Positions 11,478 to 21,248 of a DNA stretch of 64,000 nucleotides are shown here, piece by piece. The DNA is taken from positions 8,643 through 72,642 of the forward strand of contig CANNCQ010000002.1 in NCBI GenBank assembly GCA_947503135.1, given 5' to 3'. Origin of the DNA: an uncultured Aquimarina sp. Lineage in GTDB: Bacteria > Bacteroidota > Bacteroidia > Flavobacteriales > Flavobacteriaceae. Each line of letters begins with the position of its first letter. Within the stretch, counting starts at the first letter, position 1. The notes below the pieces were generated by a model. The model worked only from the letters and a program-made list of their open reading frames with translations. It had not been told where the DNA came from and did no database searches. The translations under genes and the position numbers were made by a program.

Positions 11478-12548
11478 ATGTTATTAAAGACGGAATTGAT
11501 GGTGCCTGAAACCGCTAAATCAGTGATTATTGGTGGAGCAGGATTAATTATAGTGTATTACATTATTTTTTTTATTCTAAAAAAAATAGGAAGCAACCCC
11601 AAGTATATTTTACCCCTAAGTTTTGCCCGTAGAATAAGAGTGCCTTTACTGTTGTTTTTGGTATTTATATTTACGTACAGCATGGGGTTATCGCTTGATT
11701 CGATTACTAATACCAAACAATACATATTTAGAAAAGTAGGAAGCTTAGGGATTATTTTCACCGTTAGCTGGATGTTGATTGTTGTAATGAAAGCTATAAA
11801 AAATAGGATTATTAATAAATATGATATTACACAATCAGATAACTTAAAGGCGCGAAAGATATATACTCAGTTTAATATTTTAGAGAATATAATCACATTT
11901 ATTATAGTACTATTTGGAATAGGTATTGCTTTAATGAGTTTTGATAATATTAGACAAGTAGGGGTAAGTATGTTGACTTCAGCAGGTATTGCAGGTATTA
12001 TTATAGGTTTTGCAGCTCAGAAAGCACTTGCTACTTTGTTGGCGGGTATTCAGATTGCATTTACGCAACCTATACGGTTAGACGATGTAGTGATTGTGGA
12101 AGGAGAGTGGGGCGTTATTGAAGAAATTAATTTGACTTATGTGGTAGTAAATATTTGGGATAAGCGCCGATTAGTAGTGCCTACTACTTATTTTATAGAA
12201 AAACCTTTTCAAAACTGGACTAAAAATTCGTCAGACTTAATGGGTACGGTTTTTATTTATACCGATTATAATTTTCCGGCAGAAGCATTACGTACAGAAC
12301 TGACTAATATATTAGAAAATACTTCTCTTTGGGATGGTAAAGTAAATGTACTTCAAGTAACGGATACTAAAAAAGATTGGGTAGAATTACGAGCTTTGGT
12401 AAGTGCTAAAGATTCCCCAACTGCTTGGGATTTGCGAGTACACGTTAGAGAAAAGCTAATTGCATTTATGCAAAAGAATTACCCAGAAAATTTACCATTT
12501 AATAGGGTGAGCCTAGAGTCTGAGTCTATAGTTAAAAGAAATTCTTAA
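11478..12548 (+). CDS. Mechanosensitive ion channel (MscS family)
   Basis: N-terminal TM helices followed by the MscS beta-domain 'PIRLDDVVIVEGEWGVIEEINLTYVVVNIWDKRRLVVPTTYF'. ATG 11478 is preferred over the ORF-track start at 11382, because the first 32 codons look non-coding. Confidence 0.8.
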   Translation: MLLKTELMVPETAKSVIIGGAGLIIVYYIIFFILKKIGSNPKYILPLSFARRIRVPLLLFLVFIFTYSMGLSLDSITNTKQYIFRKVGSLGIIFTVSWMLIVVMKAIKNRIINKYDITQSDNLKARKIYTQFNILENIITFIIVLFGIGIALMSFDNIRQVGVSMLTSAGIAGIIIGFAAQKALATLLAGIQIAFTQPIRLDDVVIVEGEWGVIEEINLTYVVVNIWDKRRLVVPTTYFIEKPFQNWTKNSSDLMGTVFIYTDYNFPAEALRTELTNILENTSLWDGKVNVLQVTDTKKDWVELRALVSAKDSPTAWDLRVHVREKLIAFMQKNYPENLPFNRVSLESESIVKRNS

Positions 12549-12692
12549 AGAAACACTATTTCTGAAAAAGTAAAAAGGCTACTAAGTTTTCTAATATAAA
12601 AAATCAAAAACTCCGTTTTAAATCTAAAGTAAAATAATTGACTTTATATCAAAAAAAGGCCTTGTGACTAATTTTAGTAATAAGGCTTTTTT

Positions 12693-13568
12693 TTATTTAT
12701 TGGCATGTTTCCAGCGCTTGTGTGTCCATAAATAATATTCTGGTTGTTTTTTTATTTGTTCTTCAAGCATTTTATAATAAGTGCGTATAGCTTCGTATTC
12801 CTTGTTTTCGGATAAATCATCCTGAATTAAAACGACTTCAGCTTCATAATAGCCACGTTTTACTTTCTCAACTTTTAAATAACACACAGCCATATCTAGT
12901 TTTTTAGCTAATACCTCACCACCAATAAAGGCAGGTACATCGTGACCCATAAAAGGGATTTTAAAGTCGTTGTTTGATGAGCTAGGCGATTGATCTCCAA
13001 CTAAACCATATAAAGCAGCTCTTGTTTTTTTACGTTCTTGTTGTATGGCATAGCGCATTACTTTTTTACTAGGAATTATAGTAGCTCCAAAACGAGCTCT
13101 AATTTTTTTGGCAAAATCGTTAAAATGAGGGTTTTTAATAGGCTTAAAAACACCAACTACATCTTGGGTTGTAGTTAGTTGTATGCTATTTCCCCATTCA
13201 TAATTTGCGTAATGTGCAGCGAGTAAAATAACACTCTTGTTATTAGCTTCAAGTTTTCGTAAAGCGTCTAAGTTTTTGAATTTGTATCGTTTCTGTGTTT
13301 CTTTATGAGAAATAGTTATAGATTTTATCATTTCCATAAACATATCGCACATGTGTTTATAGAATTTTTTTCTAATTTCTTTGATCTCGTCAATTGTTTT
13401 TTCAGGGAATGCCAATTTTAAATTGGCTGTAACCACTCGTTTTCTATATTTTACAATGCGGTAAATAATAAAAAAAACAACATCTGAAATAGCATAAAAT
13501 ATCGGCCAAGGCAGTATAGAAATACACCATAATAAGGCATACATTATTTTAAACTTAAGCAACTCCAT
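12693..13568 (-). CDS. Lipid A biosynthesis (LpxL/HtrB-type) lysophospholipid acyltransferase family protein
   Basis: N-terminal TM anchor. 'AAHYANYEWG' is an HX4(D/E) acyltransferase motif. Size and layout fit late lipid A acyltransferases. Confidence 0.7.
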   Translation of the reverse strand: MELLKFKIMYALLWCISILPWPIFYAISDVVFFIIYRIVKYRKRVVTANLKLAFPEKTIDEIKEIRKKFYKHMCDMFMEMIKSITISHKETQKRYKFKNLDALRKLEANNKSVILLAAHYANYEWGNSIQLTTTQDVVGVFKPIKNPHFNDFAKKIRARFGATIIPSKKVMRYAIQQERKKTRAALYGLVGDQSPSSSNNDFKIPFMGHDVPAFIGGEVLAKKLDMAVCYLKVEKVKRGYYEAEVVLIQDDLSENKEYEAIRTYYKMLEEQIKKQPEYYLWTHKRWKHANK

Positions 13569-13623
13569 TGAATAATTATTTGATGCAAATATATAAGTAT
13601 CTTTGAATTTAAATATTAATTTA

Positions 13624-14280
13624 ATGGGGAACCTTCCAATTGTTGTTTTAGTAATTATAGGAGTAAATATTTTGTTTTCTTACCAAGGTTTTAATAATGC
13701 TGCACTTTTCGAAAAATATAAATTTCATGTAGGAGGCATAAAGGCAGGAGAAAAAATACGCATGTTCTCATCGGGCTTTCTGCATGGTGATTGGATGCAC
13801 TTACTTTTTAATATGTATTCATTATATATGTTTGCCCCAATTGTTGTTTCTTATTTAGGAACGGTTAATTTTATAATTATATATATTGGGGCATTATTAT
13901 TAGGTAATTTACTGTCGTTTTATTTTCATAAAAATGAATATAATTATTCAGCAATAGGAGCAAGTGGTGCGGTTTCGGGAATTATTTATGCTGCTATATT
14001 ACTGTATCCTGAAATGAGTTTGTATTTCTTTATAATACCTATTCCCATACCAGGATATGTTTTTGGAATTGGATACTTATTATATTCAATTTATGGAATG
14101 AAGAGTAATAGCGATAATATAGGTCACGATGCACATTTTGGAGGAGCGGTAGGGGGTTATATCCTTACGTTGTTAATAATGCCAAGTTTACTTAAAACTA
14201 GTTTTGTAATGGTTGTATTACTTGCTATACCTATTATAGTTCTTTATTTTTTGGTGAAAACAGGTAAGCTTAATGTATAG
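13624..14280 (+). CDS. Rhomboid family intramembrane serine protease
   Basis: 'HGDWMHLLFNM', catalytic 'GASGAVSG' (GxSG) and 'HDAHFGG'. Six predicted TM helices. ATG 13624 is preferred to TTG 13603. The 3' end overlaps the convergent gene by 11 nt. Confidence 0.85.
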   Translation: MGNLPIVVLVIIGVNILFSYQGFNNAALFEKYKFHVGGIKAGEKIRMFSSGFLHGDWMHLLFNMYSLYMFAPIVVSYLGTVNFIIIYIGALLLGNLLSFYFHKNEYNYSAIGASGAVSGIIYAAILLYPEMSLYFFIIPIPIPGYVFGIGYLLYSIYGMKSNSDNIGHDAHFGGAVGGYILTLLIMPSLLKTSFVMVVLLAIPIIVLYFLVKTGKLNV

Positions 14281-14995
14281 GAGTTAGTTTAGGGGTAGGT
14301 CTTTTCCATTTATCGGCAACATCTAAAATATTGTAGTTTAAAGGCGATTTTTGGCGTTCTAATTTATCGTTTTGAAAACTTCTTTCAAGAATATCTTCTA
14401 TTAAATAATCTTCATAAACAGCTACGGGATTAAAAGTTTTCTTTAAAGAGATATTGAATAGACTTGCCGTTTTTTCGTAGAAAAAAGCATTAAAGCCATT
14501 TTTATATTCTTTTATCAAATCAAACATAGTAATTCCTGTTTGTCGATGAATTAATTTAACAAGTATTTGTCCCTCGGTGCGAGTCATTTTTTTCAACTCA
14601 GGAGTAAATTTTTTCTGTAAAAAACGTTGCATTTTACGAACATGCTTTTTTTTATGGCGTTTTTTCCTATAATCTTTTAAATCAGCAACCAAGTTGGTTA
14701 AGGTATCGGCAGCCATTTTAGCATAAGGATATACTTTTCGAGTTTTACGCTTTAGAATTAAATATTTTTTATATTCTAAACTACTGTCAAATTTTAATTT
14801 TTTTAATAAAACAACTTCATCTAGCTCAAAAGCTTTTACAGAGACGGAATCACCTTCCATCATAAATCGAAACTCTTCTTCAGTTTGAGCACTGTTAACC
14901 GAGTCAATTTCTTTTTCGGTAATAGAATCTATTTGTTGTGCATAACTGAAAGTGAACAACGAAAAAATAAAGAAACAATTAAAAAAAACTTTCAT
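14270..14995 (-). CDS. DUF4294-like secreted protein
   Basis: Signal peptide 'MKVFFNCFFIFSLFTFSYAQ'. Basic central region with 'KVYPYAKMA', as remembered for Bacteroidota DUF4294 proteins. Confidence 0.55.
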   Translation of the reverse strand: MKVFFNCFFIFSLFTFSYAQQIDSITEKEIDSVNSAQTEEEFRFMMEGDSVSVKAFELDEVVLLKKLKFDSSLEYKKYLILKRKTRKVYPYAKMAADTLTNLVADLKDYRKKRHKKKHVRKMQRFLQKKFTPELKKMTRTEGQILVKLIHRQTGITMFDLIKEYKNGFNAFFYEKTASLFNISLKKTFNPVAVYEDYLIEDILERSFQNDKLERQKSPLNYNILDVADKWKRPTPKLTPIH

Positions 14996-15109
14996 ATTTA
15001 ATTATAATGATAAAACTATGCCAAATTAACAACTTGGGGTATATTACTACCTAATTTTAAGCATAAAGTTAATAATAGAATTATTAAATTCGTATAAAAT
15101 TGATAAAAC

Positions 15110-16201
15110 ATGGCCAATAAAAGCATATTGAATAAAGAGTCGATGACTTTTTTAGAAAATTACTTAAATAATGCATCACCTACTGGATATGAGTGGGAAG
15201 GACAAAAAATATGGATGGATTATTTAAAACCTTATGTAGATGAATTTATTACCGATACTTACGGAACAGCAGTAGGAGTAATTAATCCTGATGCTGAATT
15301 TAAGGTGGTAATAGAAGGACATGCAGATGAAATTTCTTGGTACGTAAACTATATTACTGACGATGGACAAATTTATGTGATTAGAAATGGAGGGAGTGAC
15401 CACCAAATTGCACCATCAAAACGTGTAAATATTCATACAAAAAAAGGTATAGTTAAAGGTTTGTTTGGTTGGCCAGCAATTCATACCCGAAGAGGAGGTA
15501 CTAAAGAGCAACCACCAAAATTAGATAATATTAGTATTGATGTAGGGTGCAGCACCAAAGACGAAGTGTTGGCTTTAGGGATTCATGTAGGTTGTGTGAT
15601 TACTTACCCAGATGAGTTTATGATACTAAACAAGAATAAGTTTGTGTGTAGGGCTTTAGATAACCGTATGGGAGGATTTATGATTGCTGAAGTAGCGCGT
15701 TTATTAAAAGAAAACAATATAGAGTTACCTTTTGGTTTGTATGTAACTAATTCCGTACAAGAAGAAATAGGTTTGCGCGGTGCTGAAATGATTACACAGC
15801 GTATTAAACCCAATGTTGCTATTGTAACCGATGTGTGTCACGATACAACAACTCCAATGATTGATAAAAAAGCAGAGGGAGATAGTAAAATTGGAGCAGG
15901 ACCCGTAATTTCTTATGCTCCAGCAATACAGCAGAATTTACGCGAACGTATTATTGAAACTGCCGAAACCAAAGAAATTCCATTTCAAAGGCATGCTTCA
16001 AGTAGGGCCACAGGTACGGATACCGATGCTTTTGCTTACAGTAATGGAGGCGTAGCTTCAGCTTTAATTTCATTACCACTTCGTTACATGCATACTACCG
16101 TAGAAATGGTACATCAAGATGATGTTGAAAACGTAATAAAATTAATTTATGAAACGTTGTTAACCATTAAAAATGGCGAAACATTTAGTTATTTTGACTA
16201 A
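15110..16201 (+). CDS. M42 family metallopeptidase (glutamyl aminopeptidase / YsdC-FrvX-like)
   Basis: 'ASPTGYEWEG', 'IEGHADEI', 'RALDNRMGG', 'VQEEIGLRGA' and 'VTDVCHDT' are metal-ligand regions typical of M42. Confidence 0.8.
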   Translation: MANKSILNKESMTFLENYLNNASPTGYEWEGQKIWMDYLKPYVDEFITDTYGTAVGVINPDAEFKVVIEGHADEISWYVNYITDDGQIYVIRNGGSDHQIAPSKRVNIHTKKGIVKGLFGWPAIHTRRGGTKEQPPKLDNISIDVGCSTKDEVLALGIHVGCVITYPDEFMILNKNKFVCRALDNRMGGFMIAEVARLLKENNIELPFGLYVTNSVQEEIGLRGAEMITQRIKPNVAIVTDVCHDTTTPMIDKKAEGDSKIGAGPVISYAPAIQQNLRERIIETAETKEIPFQRHASSRATGTDTDAFAYSNGGVASALISLPLRYMHTTVEMVHQDDVENVIKLIYETLLTIKNGETFSYFD

Positions 16202-16212
16202 TAATTTCAAAA

Positions 16213-16256
16213 AGTGAAGTTTTTTGATTGTAGCATTTTGATCAAAAAACTTCACT
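16213..16256. repeat. Perfect 16-bp inverted repeat (agtgaagttttttgat / atcaaaaaacttcact) with a 12-nt loop
   Basis: Read directly. Lies 12 nt after the M42 peptidase stop and 11 nt before the Nudix ATG. No trailing T-run on the + strand. Confidence 0.8.
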
Positions 16257-16267
16257 ACTTAATATAA

Positions 16268-16807
16268 ATGGAAGAATATATTGATATCCTTACGGAAGAA
16301 GGGGAGCTTACTAATGAGCAAGCATTAAAGTCGACAGCACACCGTTTAGGATTGTGGCATGCAAGCGCTCAAATTTGGATTGTAAATTCTGCAAAACAAG
16401 TTTTATTACAAAAACGAGCTAGCTGTAAAGATTCATACCCTAATTTATGGGATATTTCAGTTGCAGGGCATTTGTCGGCAGGCGATACAGCCAAAGAAGC
16501 AGCGGTTAGAGAAATAAAGGAAGAGATTGGCTTACGAATTAATCAACATGAACTTCATTTATTAAAAAAAATAAAAAAAAGTAAAATTCCTAAAAAAGAT
16601 TTTTTAGATAATGAATATAATTATCTTTTTGTTGTAAAAAAGGATTTCAAAATTACCGATTTAGTATTGCAAAAAGAAGAAGTTGAGGTGGTGAAATGGG
16701 TTGCAATAAATGATTTTGAGTCTCAATTAGTACAAACACCTGAGCTTTTTGTGCCACACGGAAATCAATATTATACATATATTATAAATGAATTAAGGAT
16801 GATATAG
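16268..16807 (+). CDS. NUDIX hydrolase
   Basis: Nudix box 'GHLSAGDTAKEAAVREIKEEIGL' (GX5EX7REUXEEXGU). Confidence 0.85.
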   Translation: MEEYIDILTEEGELTNEQALKSTAHRLGLWHASAQIWIVNSAKQVLLQKRASCKDSYPNLWDISVAGHLSAGDTAKEAAVREIKEEIGLRINQHELHLLKKIKKSKIPKKDFLDNEYNYLFVVKKDFKITDLVLQKEEVEVVKWVAINDFESQLVQTPELFVPHGNQYYTYIINELRMI

Positions 16808-16855
16808 TTAAGATTCAATTATATTTATCGATTAAAATAACTCAAAAAAGATACA

Positions 16856-17968
16856 ATGAAAAAAATGATAACTATAGGCCTTATGGCGCTTATGTTTTCT
16901 TGTTCAAAAAAAGAAGGATATAGCGTTTCGGGTGACTTAACAGGTTTTGAATCTAAGGACATGGTTTACATAAATACAGTAAGCGATGCTAACAGGCCTA
17001 TTATAATAGATTCAATACAAATGATTGATGGTAAATTCAGTCTTGATTTACCAACTCCAGCGAGTAAAGATTTTTACTTTTTAAGTTTTGCGAAATCTAC
17101 TAAAGGAAATATATTATTTATTTCAGAAAATAAAGCATTAAAAATTAAAGCGGATATTAATGATTTACGTGGAGCTAAAATTGATGGAGGAGAGGAAAAT
17201 AAAACTTTTGTTAATTTTTTAAATCAAATAAATAAATTAGGAGCCGTAGCGAAGGATATTACGAGAGAAAATAATATAGCGAAACAAAATGCTGATTATC
17301 CAGGTTTACAAAATGCTCAAAAACGTAAAGATTCTTTGGCCACAGCTAGCAAGGAAATGCGTTTAAAAATTTTAGGAGAAACACCCAATACCGTAGCAGC
17401 AATTATGGCTTTAACAGATTTGGTAAGTCAAAAAATGATAAAATCAACTGAAGCTAAGGCATACTATGAGAAATTTACTCCAGAAATGAAAAGTTCTAGA
17501 TTAGGAAGAAATGCAGAAACAGGAATTAGTTCTATCATAGAGACAAGTAATAAAATAGGAGACAAGGTATCTAACTTTACAGCGCCTTCGTTATCGGGTA
17601 AAAAATTAAGTTTGAATGAAAATTTAGGTAAAGTAACAATTTTAGATTTTTGGGCATCTTGGTGTAGGCCTTGTAGAGCAGAAAATCCTAATGTAGTTCG
17701 CATTTATAATAAATATAAAAGTAAAGGTTTAGAGATTATAGGAATATCTTTTGATCAAAAAGCAGAAAAGTGGCAAAAAGCTGTTGAAAATGACGGATTA
17801 ACATGGAAACATGTATCGAATTTAAAAGGTTGGAAAGAACCCTTAGGTAAGCCTTTTGGCGTACGTTCTATACCAACAACATACTTGTTGGATGAAAATG
17901 GGGTAATTATAGCTAAAAACCTTAGAGGGCAAGCGCTGGAAAATAAAATAGCCGAATTATTGAATTAA
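16856..17968 (+). CDS. TlpA-family thiol:disulfide oxidoreductase lipoprotein (DUF4369-like N-domain plus thioredoxin fold)
   Basis: Lipobox 'LMFSCS'. Canonical 'FWASWCRPCRAENP' CXXC active site. 'SIPTTYLLD' is the cis-Pro loop region. Confidence 0.85.
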   Translation: MKKMITIGLMALMFSCSKKEGYSVSGDLTGFESKDMVYINTVSDANRPIIIDSIQMIDGKFSLDLPTPASKDFYFLSFAKSTKGNILFISENKALKIKADINDLRGAKIDGGEENKTFVNFLNQINKLGAVAKDITRENNIAKQNADYPGLQNAQKRKDSLATASKEMRLKILGETPNTVAAIMALTDLVSQKMIKSTEAKAYYEKFTPEMKSSRLGRNAETGISSIIETSNKIGDKVSNFTAPSLSGKKLSLNENLGKVTILDFWASWCRPCRAENPNVVRIYNKYKSKGLEIIGISFDQKAEKWQKAVENDGLTWKHVSNLKGWKEPLGKPFGVRSIPTTYLLDENGVIIAKNLRGQALENKIAELLN

Positions 17969-17991
17969 TAATGCTAATATAAATACAGTAT

Positions 17992-18026
17992 AAAAAAGGG
18001 TGCTTAAATTTAAGCATCCTTTTTTT
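17992..18026. terminator. Bidirectional intrinsic terminator between convergent genes
   Basis: A6 - gggtgcttaa/ttaagcatcc stem (one G-U pair) - T7. Confidence 0.75.
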
Positions 18027-18540
18027 ATAATTTAATAAACCTAAAAACAGGACCTACAGCTTCACAACTATCAGTATCTCTAGCATAAAATTCATAAGGC
18101 CCATTTTTTAAATTCTTAAAAATATTAGAAGCCTGAAAATCTTTACCATTCAAAGAATATTCGTAATTACCGTCTTCTCGCGTGTAAATTTTAATAGTAT
18201 TATCCTCTTTTTCAACTGAAATTCTGTTTATAGCTGGGCCTTCAGCACCTTTAACATAAAAAGTTTTAATGGCTAAGTAATTTTCATCCTCTTCTTTAGT
18301 AATGGTAACTACGTATTTTCCGGGATCATACACTGTAATTGTTTTTTCATATTCTTCCGTACTCCAATCGTAGTATGAATCTTCCCCATCATCACCATCT
18401 AGTACAAGCTCGTCTCCTAAGCACATGGTAACGGTAATGTAACTATTAGACACGGAACTTTCTATATTACCCGTTTGTGAGAAACACAACCCAAGGCTTC
18501 CCCAATAAATTAAAAAAAAACAGATTACTTTATTTAACAT
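18025..18540 (-). CDS. Small secreted protein: Ig-like plus SprB-repeat-like module, without a T9SS sorting domain
   Basis: Signal peptide 'MLNKVICFFLIYWGSLGLCFSQ'. 'YEYSLNGKDFQASNIFKNLKNGPYEFYARDTDSC' resembles the SprB-type repeat found just before the CTD of the giant protein in this window. Confidence 0.55.
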   Translation of the reverse strand: MLNKVICFFLIYWGSLGLCFSQTGNIESSVSNSYITVTMCLGDELVLDGDDGEDSYYDWSTEEYEKTITVYDPGKYVVTITKEEDENYLAIKTFYVKGAEGPAINRISVEKEDNTIKIYTREDGNYEYSLNGKDFQASNIFKNLKNGPYEFYARDTDSCEAVGPVFRFIKL

Positions 18541-18561
18541 AAGAGCTTAAAAATACTAAAA

Positions 18562-18996
18562 TTATTGGTTTTGAAAAACCATGAGTTGATGAGGTATTCC
18601 TGTTTTTTGTGAAGCATATGGTTTACCAGTAGGTTTAAAATTATTTTTTAAATAAAAAGGGATTGCCGATATGCGGGCACTTAATTGAATTGTAATAGGA
18701 TCGGAGAGTAAAGCAATTGAGATTAATGTTGATAAAATAGATTTACCTACTCCTTGTTTTTGCTTTTCAACAGCTACAGTCATCTGAGAGATTATAGCTT
18801 TTTCTTTGGTTAATGTAAGTCTTCCTGTACCAATTACTACATTGTTTTCAAGAGCAATTATGTGCTTACTTTGTTTTTCGTAAGCATCATCTATTAATTC
18901 CTGTGCATTAGCATAACCTTCAAAAAACAATTTCTTACGTAGGTTAACTCCCTCTAAATAAAAATTACTATTGAATGCTACACTTATAATTTTCAT
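18562..18996 (-). CDS. GNAT family N-acetyltransferase
   Basis: Acetyl-CoA binding 'QKQGVGKSIL' (Q/RxxGxG/A). 144 aa. Lies 9 nt downstream of kmo on the same strand. Confidence 0.8.
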   Translation of the reverse strand: MKIISVAFNSNFYLEGVNLRKKLFFEGYANAQELIDDAYEKQSKHIIALENNVVIGTGRLTLTKEKAIISQMTVAVEKQKQGVGKSILSTLISIALLSDPITIQLSARISAIPFYLKNNFKPTGKPYASQKTGIPHQLMVFQNQ

Positions 18997-19005
18997 TGAT
19001 AGGAT

Positions 19006-20361
19006 TTACTTAGGATAAAGCATTTCTGCTTTTTCTTTAATTTGATTCATTACAATTTCGCTATCCCAAAGCGTTTCAATATTATTCATAGCCATAATTT
19101 CGGACATGATTTTTTCCTGCTGTTCTCCTAAACCAAGAGCTTCTGCGTAAGGTTTGTTTGAAAAAGTAACTCTTGAATATAAGGGAACCCATAGTTTAGG
19201 GTAGGCAACAGCAAACTTCTTTTCAATTTTTTTCTGTAAAATAAAAGAAGGATCAGCTGTTTTAGAACTCATTTCCATAAAGTTTCTGTAGGAGAGTTCG
19301 GCAATAGCATCTGCATTAGGCTTACGTTTGTTTTGATAAGTTTCAAAAATAGTTTGCCAATTATCGTCACCTAATTGGTCTATAATTTGGTCTAGTTCAT
19401 AAACATCTTCAAAACCTGCGTTCATACCCTGTCCGTAAAAAGGTACGATAGCGTGGGCGGAATCTCCTACCAATGCTACTTTATCCCAATATGTCCAAGG
19501 AAAACATTTTGTGGTTACCAGTGCGCTTGTAGGATTGTTTTGAAAATCTTCTAAAAGGGTAGGCATTATTGCTAAAGTATCAGGAAAATGAATTTTCCAA
19601 AAATCCGTAATATTTTCAGCTGTTTGAAGCTCTTCAAAAGAGTTTTTACCTTCATGAGGCATAAATAGAGTACAAGTAAAACTTCCATCTAAGTTAGGTA
19701 GCGCAATTAGCATAAATTTACCTCTAGGCCATATATGTAAAGAGTTTTTATTTATTACGTGCTTACCGTCTTTGCTAGCAGGTATGCTTAATTCTTTATA
19801 TCCTGTGTTTAAAAAATCTTGCGAATAATTGAAACGACTTCTACGTTGCATTTTATGTCGTACTCTTGAGAAAGCACCATCACAACCAAATATTAAATCG
19901 AATTGATATTCGTTCCATTTTCCTTTTTCAGTTTCGCCTGTATATATTTTTGCTTCAGGTAAGTTAATATCCCACACTTTTTCTTCGAACCTAAAAATAG
20001 CACCAGCCTCTTCGGCAAGGTCAATCATTTTACGGTTTAATACTCCACGCGAAATAGAATAAATAGCTTCACCATCTTTACCATAATTTTGAGTGTAATC
20101 GTCTTTGTCATTTACATGAATAAAACGTTTATTCATTGCTAGACCAAGGTTTTCTACCTCTTTTTTAATTCCAGCTTTTTCCAAAGCATTCCAACCCCGA
20201 ACGGACATTGCTAAATTAATAGAACGACCACTAAATTTAATTTTTCTAATATCTGGGCGACGATCAAATATAGTAACGTGGTAATTACGTTTACGTAAAT
20301 AAATGGCCAAAAGAGAACCAACAAGTCCGCTTCCAACAATAGCTATATTGGGTTGTTTCAT
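19006..20361 (-). CDS. kmo: Kynurenine 3-monooxygenase (FAD-dependent)
   Basis: Rossmann 'IAIVGSGLVGSLLAIYL', 'GCDGAFSRVR' and 'GDSAHAIVPFYGQGMNAGFEDV'. The C-terminal extension is typical of KMO. Confidence 0.8.
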   Translation of the reverse strand: MKQPNIAIVGSGLVGSLLAIYLRKRNYHVTIFDRRPDIRKIKFSGRSINLAMSVRGWNALEKAGIKKEVENLGLAMNKRFIHVNDKDDYTQNYGKDGEAIYSISRGVLNRKMIDLAEEAGAIFRFEEKVWDINLPEAKIYTGETEKGKWNEYQFDLIFGCDGAFSRVRHKMQRRSRFNYSQDFLNTGYKELSIPASKDGKHVINKNSLHIWPRGKFMLIALPNLDGSFTCTLFMPHEGKNSFEELQTAENITDFWKIHFPDTLAIMPTLLEDFQNNPTSALVTTKCFPWTYWDKVALVGDSAHAIVPFYGQGMNAGFEDVYELDQIIDQLGDDNWQTIFETYQNKRKPNADAIAELSYRNFMEMSSKTADPSFILQKKIEKKFAVAYPKLWVPLYSRVTFSNKPYAEALGLGEQQEKIMSEIMAMNNIETLWDSEIVMNQIKEKAEMLYPK

Positions 20362-20543
20362 TTTGTGTTTAATGTACTCTTTGCCTAAAAAATCGATTAT
20401 ACTTTAGGTTGAATCGCAAGTTAAGTATAAATTTCAACTTTATTAGGTCTCGTAAATTCCGATTGGATATACTTATCTTAAAATTGTTATAAAAAAAAAT
20501 AGAACCGTATTACACCGCTTACTTTTGAAGTAAATTTTTGAAA

Positions 20544-21188
20544 ATGAAAAAACACCTAACACACGAAGAAATAAATAATTTGGATCGCTTTCCTAAAGTG
20601 AATTTAATGAATAGTGTAACAGGATATAAATCGGCAAACCTTATTGGAACAAAAAATTCCGAAGGGGCAACAAACTTAGCTATTTTCAATTCGGTTTGTC
20701 ACCTAGGTAGTAGCCCGTCTTTAATTCATTTTACGTTGAGACCCCACACAGTAGCTAGGCATACCTACGAAAATATACTAAGCACCAAATATTTTACAGT
20801 TAATCAGGTTCATAGCGGTATTATTAAACAGGCACATTATACGGCGGCTAGCTTTGAAGAAGGCGCTTCGGAATTCGCAGCAGCAGGACTGACCGAAGAG
20901 TATAAAACTAATTTTTACGCTCCATTTGTTCGCGAAAGCGCTATACAACTAGGGTGTGAATACGTAAATACCTATGAAATTAAAGAAAATGGGTGTTTAT
21001 TAGTAATCGGTGCGATTAAACATTTGTATTTTGATGAACATATTCAAGATAGCGATGGTTTTTTAAATTTAGAAAAAGCAGCAACTGTGTGTATTAACGG
21101 TTTGGATGGATATGCTTTACCTAAGCCTTTAGATAGGTTTGAATACGCACGACCTAATGAAGCAGTAAAAAGTAAAATAATTAAATAG
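20544..21188 (+). CDS. Flavin reductase-like domain protein
   Basis: 'NLMNSVTGYKSANLIGT' and overall pattern resemble flavobacterial flavin reductase family proteins. ATG 20544 is preferred to TTG 20538. Confidence 0.6.
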   Translation: MKKHLTHEEINNLDRFPKVNLMNSVTGYKSANLIGTKNSEGATNLAIFNSVCHLGSSPSLIHFTLRPHTVARHTYENILSTKYFTVNQVHSGIIKQAHYTAASFEEGASEFAAAGLTEEYKTNFYAPFVRESAIQLGCEYVNTYEIKENGCLLVIGAIKHLYFDEHIQDSDGFLNLEKAATVCINGLDGYALPKPLDRFEYARPNEAVKSKIIK

Positions 21189-21248
21189 TGTACCCCACTA
21201 ACAGGTAAACATTTATATTTGTGTACTTGTATTTTTAAAATCACTTTA

